A stretch of 64,000 bases of DNA from the NCBI GenBank assembly GCA_013239625.1, contig MU055928.1:4342499-4406498 (forward strand), in the 5' to 3' direction. A model generated the notes under the pieces. The model searched no databases. It was not told where the DNA came from and worked only from the letters and a program-made list of their open reading frames with translations. The position numbers and the translations under genes are program-made. Shown piece by piece: positions 1-12,800 of the stretch. How positions within the stretch are numbered: the stretch's first letter is position 1; each line of letters opens with the position of its first letter. Source of the stretch: Lama guanicoe. Lineage: Eukaryota.

Positions 1-90
1 GTACCTAGCACACAGACTGATGTATTAATATCTACTGACTAACTGGAAGACTGACTAGAAGAATGCATGAATGAATGAATATATAAATGA
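1..90 (+). mobile_element. L2 3' end
   Basis: cctagcacacag...gaatgcatgaatgaatgaat tail. Confidence 0.55.
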
Positions 91-3000
91 AAGAAATTAG
101 AAGAGCTCAGAGTCTTAGCATCCAACCATTAGGCACATCATAACTTAACTCAACTTCTTACCAGGGAAAGGGAAGATGGAGTAAGTGATGAGGAGAAAAG
201 GAGTCACTTTGCATGTGATACAAATCAGTTAATGAAGCTCCAAGTTGTTCTGCCTCGATCCACAGAATTAAAAAGGAGACTGTTTCACCACCAGCCATCT
301 AGCTTGATTTGCATGCGTTCAAATCTTCAAAGTATTCCCTTTGATTCCTTTAATCAATAGTTATTTTAGAAAGCTCTTCATTACTTCCTAATTGTCCAAA
401 TTCATTTTCTTCATTTTTCCTTATTAGAGGCAGATTTTTCACATGAGTTAAGTAGATCAGCAATTTTATAATCATTATCAACTTCAAGCGTTTCTCTCAT
501 TTATTAGCATGTCCTTTCTCTCTCTGGGATTGGATTCTTTTCTCCATTTCTGAAAGGTCATCTGGTTCATTTTCTAAACCTTTTTTTCTCCCCATACATG
601 TCAAATAAAGTAAACTTTAGCCTATAATAAAAGCAACCCATGTTTACTCTGATTCTAGATATTTTAATCTATCAGATCTCCAGGTATAGATGAAGATGCA
701 AGTAATTCCCTCTTACATTAACTTGTCAAAAAAATAAGTAAATAATTTGCATTCATCTAGATTTTTAGTCTGCCAAAACCAGTAAACTGGCAAAGTCATT
801 ACCATGGCCCAAAAATCACTTCACAAGTAATTGAACCTAATAGTCCCACTGCTGGGAATCTGTATCATGGAAGTAAAAGCAGCATGTTATTACAGCACTG
901 ATCTTTGTGCCAAAAAAACTGGAAAGAAAATGAATGTCCATCAAAAAATGAGTAGTTTAAAACGTATGGCACATCACTACCATGAAATCTTATGCAGCTG
1001 TCTGTGTATGATCCCATGAGACCAGAGAAATAGACAAAAGAGTATTCAGAAGATTGTAATCTAGGGCGGGAAGAGAAAGTTGAATGGGAAGAGAAGAAAA
1101 AGTAATGTAAGGAAAACAGAGGGACATTCATGTCAAAACAGTATATATGATCTCATTTAATTAAAATTGCATATATTGTATGATTATCATACATTGTATG
1201 ACTATGACTAAATATATATTAAAAAGTGACCACATGTTTTTCTAAGGGCACAAGAACCATACATTTTTACTTTTTGATATTGTATATACTGTTAATTTTT
1301 AATAATTTAAATTTTTTAGGACTTGAATTATTTTCATCACTTGAATCATTGTTTACATAATTTGAAAAACAGTAAATATATATATATGTATATATACACA
1401 CACACACACACCACACACCCCCCATATTTAGACAGAGTAATGTCAATCAGACCAAGGATTATACACTCATAATTCAGAACTCAAATCCAGCCATTGGATA
1501 AGAGACAGGTTATAGGCAGTACCTCCAGACTATAATCCACCTGCTTGATAGAGTATGTATATGCCCTTTCAATTACATTCTTTTTAAAAACAGTCTTTTC
1601 TAATTTTCATTTTTGATCCACTATCAAGACTCAGTTCATATCATTCATTCTTAACTGTGTTGTAAATACATTTGGACAAAACACTAAAAAAGGCAATGCA
1701 GACTCCTAATGGTATTCTGTAAGGTTGGTCTCCCCCAGTGACTTATGGAACTTTTTGGTATACAAACAAACTTGTGGAAAACACACACTGATTCTGCCTA
1801 TGTTTAAAATAATCCAGTATTTTCACCAACCCAAAACTAAAAAATACAAAATCTAGCTACTTAATTACTTTGGTAAATAAAAATTGTTAAGAAATTGAAA
1901 TAATCAAAATATTCAAGTACTGATGTAGAAAAATAAAGAATAAATTAATCCAGGTGTAATTTCTAGGTCATTATCATTACCATATGTCTCTTAATTACCT
2001 CTCCCCTCAGGGACTTGATGTTTTGCAAGATTTATTCTACTAAAACAAATGAATTAATAAAGTAATAATTAATTACTTTTTAAATTCTTAATGAATTAAT
2101 GACATGTATTGAGCTACTGATCAAGATGAAGAAACCAGTGTTGCCCACATAGTTGAAACAATTACTTAAGGGCAAATAATTCAATCTCATGGATCAACAT
2201 ACAGGTCTGTCAATGTCTTAAAAATAATGGGAACAGTTGAAGATACACCTCAGATCTCAAGGTATACACTGCCCTCTATTTCAGAATCAGTGTTCCATTG
2301 TCAAAGAATAAATTGGGATTGAAAATTGGCTTTATTTTAATTCACAATTTTTTTTTAAAAAAAGCAAACAACCTAGAAAAAGTATCAAGATTAATTTACA
2401 AGAAAAATAGCTTTTAAGGTGACCCATGAACAACGTAAGCCTGAACCTTACGCCAAGGGCAGAGGAGGCAAACGGACATGAGTGATGAGCTCTCAGCAAC
2501 CTTCCAATTCCACTGACAAAGACTCAGGTAGGGATAAGAGAAGGTGAACACATCAGCAGAAGGTAATGCGTACAATAGTTTTGTTAGTTTCTTACACCTA
2601 TTTCTTTAACTTCTATACAGTAGGTTTTGTTTTGTTTTTTCTGCCTTGCAAAGATAAACGCGGATGCATTCACATTCTCTGGAGACCAGAATCAGATGAT
2701 CAAGTCAAAACAACTCCTTTTGAAACCACCCAATCTCAGAGCAAATACAGTAAAAGATAAATCATTGGCCATTTTGAAGATTTCCTGTACAAGAAACATC
2801 TTAAAGGTACACGTCCAAAGCTGACAGCTGATTAAGCTCCATCCTTGAAAACTAGGTTACCAAGTTTTGAAACTTTGAGAATCATGCAAGTGTCAGGTTT
2901 TTCTGGGCTTTTTTCTTTTTTAAACAAAGGACGCTAAAGTAGTAAATATCACATCACACTGCATTTGTCTTAATACCAACTTTGTTTATTCACAAACCAC

Positions 3001-3366
3001 ATAAATCTCACAAAAGAATACTACACCAGCGCTTTCAAACCATGGCTCCATTAAAGATTTAACATCTGAGGTCAGAAAGAGGTTTTCTTATTAAGCTGCC
3101 ATTTCCTTTACAAAATAAGAGTATTCTGTACTTACCGCTACCCTTTGAACTCTGATAGTGAATAATTAAAACTAAACTGCAAAGCATAATTTGTGAGGCT
3201 AAGTACTCTGTAGGTTGTAGGTTTTTGCTTAGTGGCTCATTTGAAATGCTCACCAGTCCCCGGAGGGATAACTCTGCCATTAGTCAGAATCAACAAAAAT
3301 GGCCTGTCCCTAAAAGCAAGGCAGAGAGCATCAAATCACAATAAAATGGTCTTGTTGGCGACTCAC

Positions 3367-3471
3367 CATATTGACATCGGGGTCCCTGAAAACCCTTGCA
3401 ACACTGGCACCGCTGGGCTTCACCCTCTGAGTATCTTCTTCCATTGAAACAAGTCCCCATTGCAGAGACAG
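3367..3471 (-). pseudogene. EGFEM1: EGFEM1 exon 4 (first EGF-like repeat), 105 nt, phase 1-1
   Basis: tccttttag| acceptor, ATG|gtgagt donor; SVSAMGTCFNGRRYSEGEAQRCQCCKGFQGPRCQY (part of ORF 3290..3541) with an EGF-type CxCxxGFxGxxC motif. Confidence 0.9.
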
Positions 3472-3689
3472 CTAAAAGGAAGGTGGACAAGAAGGCGGGG
3501 GAGAATGGACTTGAGGGAAAGAAAGAAAATCCCCAAGGCAAGCACCATGTTGCTAATATAGATGTAATCTAGAAACCTGTACCAGTTCCTCCGTAGCCCC
3601 TCCATGGAAAAGTGTTTACATCACAAAGTAACGCTGTCTGAATAAAGCCTTGTAGAACTCTGTACATGGTAACTTCTACATCGCTTGAA

Positions 3690-3795
3690 GCTTTGTAGAA
3701 ATGCCCCATTCCAGATCTACTGAATCAGAATCCACATCTTAACAAGGTACTAGGTGATCTGTATTCATATTCAAGTTTGAGTAGCACTCATCTAA
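3690..3795. mobile_element. MER5-type hAT-Charlie DNA transposon fragment
   Basis: ccattccagatctactgaatcagaatc..ttaacaag..ggtgatctgtattcatattcaagtttgag. Confidence 0.7.
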
Positions 3796-4863
3796 AGAAA
3801 CTCCATGGAGCAGGTGATGGTGTAGCCAAAACAATATAAAAAACCAGCAAGAAATACTAATACCAGAGGCAAAAGACTGTGCTAGATGCCATACCACAAT
3901 ATAAAACATTCATCTCACAGTCATTAATTTCCCAGACTGTGTATTACAGTTGAGATGATATCACGGGCAGATGGATGCGCTGAGCTTAAATCAGCCAGCT
4001 GCGCCCAGCCCTGCGTGCAAATACAGTGACCCTTGTGCATCCCTCCACATTAAGCCTGCTTAACATGGGAAGCCTGAGGCCACTTCACTAAGCTATTTTA
4101 AGAGCAGAAAGCACAGTGGGGAAGGAACCAGGATGCCGACAAAGTCCCGAAGGTGCAGGATAACAGAAAAGATGAATTGTGCTGGGGCGCCGCACTGAGT
4201 GCAACACACCGAAGCATTTTAAGTGACTTCACAGTTACGGTAAACACACAGGTAAAGGAGTCTCTAACTGGAGCCGTTTCTCCTGGCATGGATGAACTAT
4301 ACAATACCACTATTTCTGCTGCTGGAGTGCTGTCAAACATACTCCATAGGTTCTGGAATATCCTCACCAGAGGTTTAGAAAAGGACCACACACCTCATCT
4401 TAAAAAGTAAACTGCTTCCAGAGTTCTGCAATTAATCATGACAAGCACAAGTCGAGAAATCCCATTTAGATTTAGTACGGTGATTTCCCTCCGGACTTTT
4501 GAATCAATTGTGGATTACAAATGTGATGATATGGGAAAGGGGCAAACAGAAAAGGGAGATGGAAGTCAAGGTGTAACCTGTCTGGCTTTAAATAAACTGT
4601 CTTTTACATAAGGAGACAGAATATAAAGCAGCCATTCTACAGGTTCTGATTTCACATCTATCATTGGAAACACTTCACAGAAAGGCTTTTTGTGCATTTT
4701 TGCACATGTCATGTGTGCATTTTCAGTCCAAAGAGATGCTCTGAATCTGTGGTGATTCTAAAGATGCCTAAAACTTGACAGGCATGATATGATTGAAGCC
4801 CAAAACAGAGTAAAACTGTTACTCCTAGTGACAGAGAGTCAGACAGGAAGAATTACAACTTAC

Positions 4864-4973
4864 AGCGGAGGCAGCCAGGTTCATTGTCCCGCCGGCTCCA
4901 ACCAGGGCAGCGCCTGTAGATGGTCTGCTGCTCCATGCTGCATGCTTGTCTGTAGACGGTGTAAGACCGGGTC
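4864..4973 (-). pseudogene. EGFEM1: EGFEM1 exon 3 (EMI domain, C-terminal part), 110 nt, open frame
   Basis: ttcttag| acceptor, T|gtaagt donor; TRSYTVYRQACSMEQQTIYRRCPGWSRRDNEPGCLR (part of ORF 4853..5074). The EMI motif CCPGW appears as RCPGW. Confidence 0.9.
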
Positions 4974-5352
4974 CTAAGAAACACAGAACCTAGATCAGTC
5001 TTGCTTCCTCTAAAGCCCAAAGCTGTCATTTTAAGCCCACTAAAAAATTCTCCCTTCAACCTAAATCCTCCCATTTATATACAAACACACAAATATATTG
5101 TCTGTATATGTTATATATGCACGCATGCACTCACATATGCACACACACACTCCTCACTAAATATGTAACCAAGATTCAATATAGGTATAGTTATTGAAAA
5201 TTAACAGGGACCTCCAGTCCTATAGCATAAGTTACTCAGGCTATCCAAAATGAAACCCCAAATTATGAAGAGAATAATGAAACCCTGCAGGAGAACAAGG
5301 CACATGATTTTCAATTTGACAGTGAAGGCCCCTCATATATTGGTCCCACGAC

Positions 5353-5622
5353 AGCATGCATTCTAACAGTGGTGACATCCCCCACAAGAGGGAGGCAATC
5401 AGTTCTTGGGTAGGAAGGGTGAAAAAGCAACCTTAGCTAATACAAGAGTCAGTGGTCCTACAAACCTGCATAGCACATAAACAGAAATAAAACGTATCAG
5501 TGGTATTAAAACTTCATGGGGAAAAGGGATGATTACTAAAAATTTTTAAAGTTTACAAAGGCTCTTTTGTAAGGGGGAAATGACCAAAAACGGCTGAAAA
5601 GGTTGAAAACATTACACTATAG
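5353..5622. mobile_element. hAT-Charlie-type DNA transposon remnant
   Basis: cagcatgcattctaa...aaggttgaaaacattacacta resemble Charlie-type termini. Confidence 0.45.
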
Positions 5623-6282
5623 CTATTTGTGCTGACCTCTTAACAGAACAAAATACCAAACATCTCTAAACTGGCTAAACTTCCTTTCTATCAAATTGAT
5701 GTCATATTTATTCTTCATCCCCAAAGCAGTATATTCACTCCCCCTCACATACCTATTCCCATATCCCCAGCCCAAACCTCCTCGTTCAAAGTCAAGGTCA
5801 AGTTTCACTTTCTCCAACTTTTCTTTCCCCGTCATGTATATCACTCTTTCTCTCCTCTCAAAAGTAAGGCTTAATGGCTATACCATTTTTTATGGCACTT
5901 AATTTTTCACCATCTTGAAGTGTCTCCTAGTATTTCTGGATGTGTATCTCTCCAACAGGGATATAAGTCTAGGTGAGCATACTTACATACAAACCAAAGG
6001 GATACGAGTTTGGGAAAAAGGCCAAAGATCTTTTAACACAGCCTCAACTCCATACTCAGTGTCATAAATATCTGCTGAATAAAGGAATGTATAAAACTAC
6101 AAAGCTCTTGAAAATAAAAATATAAAACACGTTTTCCTCATTCATGTTTGCTTTCTCAAGTCCGAATGTCTAGAGGTAGTGAACTTACCTTGGTTCAGTC
6201 TAATATCAACAACGGTTAAACCTCTGGGAGGAGGACCAAAAAATCTAAGTGAAAAGCCATTTTCAAAAGCAGGTTCTCTAAT

Positions 6283-6480
6283 GAACAAACGTACTGAGTA
6301 CCTACTATGTACCAGGCATGATGCCACATGTGTGAAATACGTTTTCAGTGAGTCCTCATAATATCCATGTGTGGTGGTATTTTTCTAACTTTACAGACTG
6401 AGGCTCAGAGAAATAGAGGAACTTTCCCAGTGCTATACAGCTGGGAAAAGTGAGGAGAGGCTTTCCAATTTAAACTTCAT
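6283..6480 (-). mobile_element. MIR SINE
   Basis: tactgagtacctactatgtaccaggca..ttacagactgaggctcagaga. Confidence 0.75.
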
Positions 6481-6689
6481 TTAAAGATCCAGAGTTTAGA
6501 CTAACAACAAGAAGAACAACAAAACTATTCATCTGATAAGAATACAAAATGTATATGTAAATATTCACAATTATACATGATGCAGTTTTATTTTATTTAG
6601 TCCTATATTATCAGTGTTCTGCCATTTCTATACAATGGCAAACCCAGTTATCTACAAATGTCCTCAACTTTCTTTTAGCAGTAGTAGTA

Positions 6690-6773
6690 GTAGGAAGAAG
6701 AAGAAGGAGAAGGAGGGGGAGGAGGGGGGAGGAGGAGGGGAGAGAAGGGAAGGGGGAGGCAGAGGAGAAGAAG
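6690..6773. repeat. Polypurine (GAA/GGA) low-complexity tract
   Basis: ggaagaagaagaaggagaaggagggggaggaggggggaggaggagggg... Confidence 0.9.
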
Positions 6774-7453
6774 AATTCATTAATCTAAAGCCATGCTTTT
6801 CTTAACTTTAAGTATCCTGAATTCAGACCAAATTGATTCATTTATATAAAACTTGAACCCATTAGCAACTATTTGTATTAAGAGATACTTAGATGTTTCA
6901 TAAAACTATTTTAGGACTTTTTCTTTTTAAATCCTTATGAAGCCTTAACATAGAAAGCATGTACTTGCTTTGTCTCTCCTCCCCCAGCCAGCTGAGTGAA
7001 CCCTAACTCAAAGGCCATAATACAGGTAAAGAATCTCTAGGTTTCAATTCAAGGTATTACAAGAGAACCAAGGACAGGTCAGGTGGTGGTTCACAACCGT
7101 AGATGCCCTGGATCCAAGTCATGGTAAATTTAGCAAACCAACACAATATTCCTTGTTTCTGTCAGCCTGCTGACTTTCAGCTTTCAGTAGCCTAGTCCTG
7201 TCACGAGGTAAAATTAGAGGCATCTAATCTACTATAGCTCACATATAAATGAGGCCTCAAGTAAAGTAAGAATATATCCTGTTCCTAAAGGAAAACATAT
7301 AACTCAGAAAAGATCCTGGTGGGTGTATCTTTTGCATGTTTATTTAATTATATAATTATTTTCTAAAATGCCTTGAGGTGAAATCTTCAGATGCAGCTGA
7401 GGCTTTGGTTTTGATTTTGAGGAATTAAGAGGAAATAGCAGAAGCACTCTTAC

Positions 7454-7586
7454 CTTATTTCATAACCCACACACCGTCTTGGGCCCGTGCAGCCGTTTCC
7501 AGGTCTTGACGGTGTGTGTGGATGCTTGGACACATGGGTGTGCAAGTCCCACCACCGTCAGTTTCTGTTCTTCGCAAACATTTGGC
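7454..7586 (-). pseudogene. EGFEM1: EGFEM1 exon 2 (EMI domain, N-terminal part), 133 nt, 2-bp deletion
   Basis: Poly-T tract plus taag| acceptor; AAG|gtaaga donor. PNVCEEQKLTVVGLAHPCVQASTHTVKTWK then a shift to GCTGPRRCVGYEIR. A phase 2-2 exon should be a multiple of 3; 133 is not. Confidence 0.9.
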
Positions 7587-9089
7587 CTTAAAAAAAAAAA
7601 AAGAATAGTAATGCAATAAAAATAGATGGCTTTATGTTTTATTCATGAATCATTTGTTCCTTCATTTTCCACAAAAAGCTTGTGGTGACTTACATAGAGA
7701 AGGAGAGAAAAACACAGGCAATGAAAAAAAAAATCAGGCCCAGGAGAAAAAAAAATCAGAAAAGATTTTTAAAAACAAGGGAAAATTTAGAAAGACAAAT
7801 ATAAAAGTCATAAGTTCCCATGTGCTTGAGCAAATCGAGGTGCAAATGATGTTCTGAGCTCTTTGGTAGCCAAAATATAAAAAGACACACAATTGCAAGA
7901 TTCTCAATATCCATAAGAAAAAGCAGGCTGATTCATCAAAAGAAGTTAAATTTTTCCTGGAAAATGTTTCTGAACAATATTTTCCATTAGCATGTTTAGT
8001 TAGCTCAGCTTCACACATAATGCTTGTTTAAACACAAATATTTTTCAACCAGCACCATTCTATCAGTGCTTCCTTATAGGAAATTTATACAAATTTAGAA
8101 GATTTTAGACATATTAAGCTTTAATTTTAAATGCATTGGGCTAGATAGCACCTATCACCTAGGGCGTCAGAATTAAATTCTATTGTAATTCGAAGAATGC
8201 TTTCCTTAGGGAGGAATGATTTACTAGTCCATACCAATTGTCTCGTGTTAGAAAACAATACTAATTATAATTAAACTTTTCATGCATTCAAAGTCACCTG
8301 CATGCCGTACACTGACCTTCCTAAGGTCAGACTTTGATGTTCTTTTGTGCCATCAGGCAACTCCCAGTCTAGCTTAGTCTCCAAAGGCACAATCTGCTGA
8401 AAACAGAAATGAGTTCCTGATTCAGGATTCTAGTCTGTCCCTAAGCAACTCTGAACTTGTCCAGTGATGACACGGACAAAAGCGTCTGACAGTGCTTCCT
8501 GCACTAAAACCCGTTACCTCACCCTCCGCAGCCGCCGTCCCTTTCTGTGATCACTTCTTTCTGTGGTGCTAAATCTCACCATGTGATTTCACTTATAGTC
8601 CAATTCTCACTTTCAGATATATTTCTGAAAGGTGAATTTTTGGACTGTTAACTTCACCTAAACTGAATAAAATTCGTGTTGAACGTTATTTATGAGTTTG
8701 CACAGCACACTAATGCTTTAGGTAAATACTGTAATAAAACAATAAAGGTATAAAGTTCACATAAGTCAGGCATCCATCAAATCATCAAGAATTGGGCAGG
8801 GAGCCTAAAGAAACCCTAGCTTTTAAATGCCATATTAGACTGTAAACTGCCTATACTTAAACTGTTATGTAGGCTTATCTGCTTTTTGAGAGCCAACTAA
8901 TTCCAATTAGAACGAGCTCACCACACATTTGCTTTTTCGGTCAATAGTTTGAAAGCTTACACCTCATGCATCCTTGAACTCTATTTTGTAACCTACTTTT
9001 TATCTATTATTCCATTTATCCATTCATCCAGTCATTTATCCATTCAACAAATACTTACTGTCACCCGCACATACCAGAAGCTTCCCCTC

Positions 9090-9460
9090 ACACTGAGGTT
9101 TGAGTATAAGTAGTTTACTTGGAAAGCGCAGAAAACACTAGTAAGGAAGTGGTGAAATGAGACAGAGAAAGAGAGTCAGCCAATAAAAACATGCATGAGT
9201 AAGCCAGCTAACAATTCTAGTGACGAGCTCCCTAAATGAGTGAGGGAGCCGGGGCATTTATACACGAATTCTTGTCAGTGATTGGTCGAGGGCTACATCT
9301 TCTCCAGCATTTCAGGCAGAAGCACAGGTAGGCAGAGTGAGCGTCCAGAAGCCAAAGTTTAAGTTTTCAGGCACAGAAATGCAAATGCTGGCAGCTGGAA
9401 ATCTGACAGGTGTGCAGTGATGAAGGAGAGGGACATGGGTGCTGCACTGACGGTTTCAGC
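9090..9460 (-). mobile_element. ERVL-class LTR fragment (LTR16/LTR33-like)
   Basis: gaggtttgagtataagtagtttacttgg..gtggtgaaatgagacagagaaag..agccaataaa resembles recalled consensus. Confidence 0.5.
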
Positions 9461-9486
9461 AGCAGAGCGTACCAAGGAAAGGAAGT

Positions 9487-9597
9487 CCACGGTCACTTGG
9501 CACTATAACTGAATCATTTTGCTGTACACTTGAAACTAACACTGTAAATCAACTACACTTCAATAAAAAAAAAATTTTCTTTAATTTAAATAAATAA
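9487..9597 (+). mobile_element. 5'-truncated L1 3' end (artiodactyl-type) with A-rich tail
   Basis: ataactgaatcattttgctgtacacttgaaactaacactgtaaatcaactacacttcaataaaaaa; flanked by aaggaaag(g/t)aagt as a likely TSD. Confidence 0.75.
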
Positions 9598-11729
9598 AAG
9601 GAAAGTAAGTAAAAGCACCTAAATAAATACAAATTGTGAAGTGCTAAGATGGAAGCAATCAGGGGCTGAAACAGAGATAAAGGAAGCTTACTAAGATTCA
9701 CTAATTAGAAAAGCCTCACTGGGAAAGCTGACACTGTGACCTGAAAAGGTGAAAAGAAAGAAGTCAGCCACAGGAGAGCCAGGGGATGCCATTCAGGTGG
9801 AAAGAAATAGAATGAGCAGAGACTCTGAAAGGAGAAGATGGTTGGCCTCCAAAGATCTGAAAGAAGGCCAATTTGGCCCAAGTGATGAGAGCGTGGTAGG
9901 GCAAATAGGGTTTTTCAGCCTGAGGAGTTTTGATGTTATTCTCAGGACACTGGAAACCACAGAGTTTATAGAATTTTTATTTCTGGTCTCATTTCCTACA
10001 GATGGGACCTGGAGATGGACCTGTGATCCTCTCTGACACCAACTGTAGCTCCCCTCCTTGACAATGACTTAGGCTGTATCTGTTCCTGGGCCCTACAACT
10101 AACCACCCAGCCCAATCCAGCAACTGGCCTCCAAATCCCAGGAATCTCTCAAGCCTTTCTTAGGGTTTTCCTAATTCCTACAAAGAAAGAAGCCCCCAGG
10201 GGAAAGTTGTACCTTCAGGAGATCCAAAACCAGCAGCACCAGTTAACAAGGAAAGACACAGCACAAATTTTATGCATCATAAGGAAAATGTATTAGATTA
10301 AAGTTTCTAGAAAATCACATGTAATCCAGATTGTCACCAAGTAAATTCTCTGATAACATCATAAGAAGTGTTACTGTGACTTCAGAACTTCACATATTAT
10401 ACAACTGAACCATAGTTAACAAGCAACATAGTTTTGGTTGAGATGAGTTTATTTTAGTTAACTCATGTTGGGAATGTTTTGGTAAAGCAGTATCATCCTT
10501 GACTCCCAAGCAGATGTGGCTAAATAAAGTCAGTCACCTGGGTATTCTGCAGATGTCCTGAGTGTGTTTCAGTTAAAAAATTAATATTCTTCCTTAACTA
10601 CAAAAGCCATAATTTCTAGCATTTAAAAGAGCCTGAACAAGGAATAAATATAGGAAGTCAAGTTTGCCCCTAAGATCCTCCCAGATATAATCATTGCTAA
10701 TGATCTGATATATTAATATCCAATTCTTTCTGGGGACACACAAACATATTTTTTGCATGCATGGGTTCACAGTCTACTGTTTTTTATACTGTGTAAAAGT
10801 ATTTTCTTAACTTAGCAAACAAAATGGTATGAATATTTTTCCATTTTGAAATTTGTAGAATTACTTTAACCCTTTTGATTTTTTCCCAGAGTATAGGTTT
10901 ATCAGAATAATACAGCAGAATTCATTTAGCCAGCATCCTACTGATACACGTTTAGTTCTTTCTAAGTTTGTGACTATAAACAACTGGTGTCAGTCTCCTT
11001 ACATAAACAACTGAATTACAGATCAATGTTTTTTCTTATATTTTCTTATGAAATATCTGTTTCCTCCAAGTCTTTTTCAGTTCAAGATTTCTTTTAGTCT
11101 CTTCCTTCTATGCTTTAGGCTTTCTCAAGGATCAGATTATCGCTGCCTGTCTGTATTTAAGCACGAGGCACGGAAGCTGATTGGGGGTTCTGTATGATAG
11201 AGAGGGCTTATAACTGGTGGGTTCATGTTAGGTGATTAGGGGTGAACTTTGTTTTTGACAAGCTCCTGGATGCCCATGTATGGAAATCTGATTTTTAGGG
11301 TCATTCAGTTTTTCCAGAAAAGTAGCCCCAATTTCCTGCCTGTGGAAGCAGACAGCTTGTGGCTGGTGCTTGGGGACCAAACAGTGGAAAGAAGTCCTGC
11401 TGTTTTTAGCCCATATTCACCCCTGGGCAGTGCCAGTCTGCACCCTTCTGAAGCTTCTCTGGTCCTCATTCTCCAGAGAAAAGAACCAATCCCATTTCCC
11501 ATTTTTTCTCTCTCTGTTTCTCTCTCTCTCTCTCACCACTCCACCTCCCCAAGTGGGAGTAGGGCACAGCTATTTGTCCAGCTCTGCAGTTTGGAGAAAG
11601 GAACCTGGGATTCTACCAACTTTACATATAGCCTTTCAAACAACTCTTAGCCTCCAGCCCCACACATCTCCCCTGTGCGTCACTTGCCTCCACTCTAAAT
11701 GCTTAATGTTGAGCCTCTCCAGGGTTCCC

Positions 11730-12159
11730 TGTGAAGGGACCAATGACGCACCAGAATGCTATAAAGATTGCATCAAAGTGAAAATATTTGAGCTACAGGT
11801 GCAGAAAGAAATCTTTTCTGAACTTCTCCTATCTGACTAAAGTTGAGATTTACCAGAGTCATCTGCCACAAGTGCCCCCCTCCCCAGCACTCTGGGGAAG
11901 TCTCCTCTCACAGGGGCAACTGACCTGGGGAAGTGGGACATTTCAAAGGTAATCTGTATAAACAAACCTCATCAGAACCTTGCATCCTTTGAAGTTCTAA
12001 ACCCCCCTTATTAAACCAGTATATAAACCTTTATTCCTAGCTGTTCAGAGAGCTACTCCCTACAGAGTTTCTCCTATTAATCTTTCTGTTGTCAATTAAT
12101 TCATGGGCCCCTAAACACTCTAACCTAAGCTGGTATAGAAAAAGATTTTCGTCCCAACA
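11730..12159 (+). mobile_element. ERV1-class 5' LTR (MER34/MER4-group-like)
   Basis: TG...CA termini (tgtgaagggacc...ttttcgtcccaaca), TATA-like gtatataaa at ~12019-12027, followed directly by ERV leader-like sequence. Confidence 0.65.
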
Positions 12160-12800
12160 GTTTCAACAACAAGGGCTGGATGGTTGGAAATCCTCACTCA
12201 CTCTGGAGACGGCAGCTGAGCTCTTGGGATCTGACCAAGCTGGCAAAAGTAACCTTTCTTACTCTCAGACTCTCAGATCTCTGCTTGGGGTCCGGTTGAG
12301 CAAAAGTGCTTAGAGCCTCTTGTCTTTTCAAAAAGAAATTTTCCAAAATTTAGATTTACAGGAGAAAACTTTCTGGTTAGAAGTAGCCTTGTCCTTTAGG
12401 TATTGTGACTCTCACTTTGGATCTTCCAAAGATAGCCACTGTGTTCTGTCTTTTTGTCACTGTCTTTTGTGCTGGTGCTGGTGTTTTGTGCTGGGATGTC
12501 TAAAAGTGTGTCTTGTCATAAGAAGGACAGACATAGCACAGAACACAGGCACAGACTCGGTAAGCCTATGCAAGCCACCGTCACATACTGGTGAGTCTGC
12601 GATTCTCACTGGACCAGTGTCTGGTTGGACAAATTTGCTCTGGGTCACCAATAAAACCAGATGAATTTTCCCTTCTGTCTCAATTTTGTGTCCTGAGAGC
12701 TCGGCTTGGGAACAGAAGTCCTTGCCTGCAAGGACACTGAGATTGTCAGGTCTGTGCTCGGAGATAGCCAACCATGAGGCTGGGGGCCTGAGACATGAGG

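Noticed and set aside
6614-6805. ORF with poly-S/K/E/G runs
   Set aside because: Translation of a purine-rich simple repeat.
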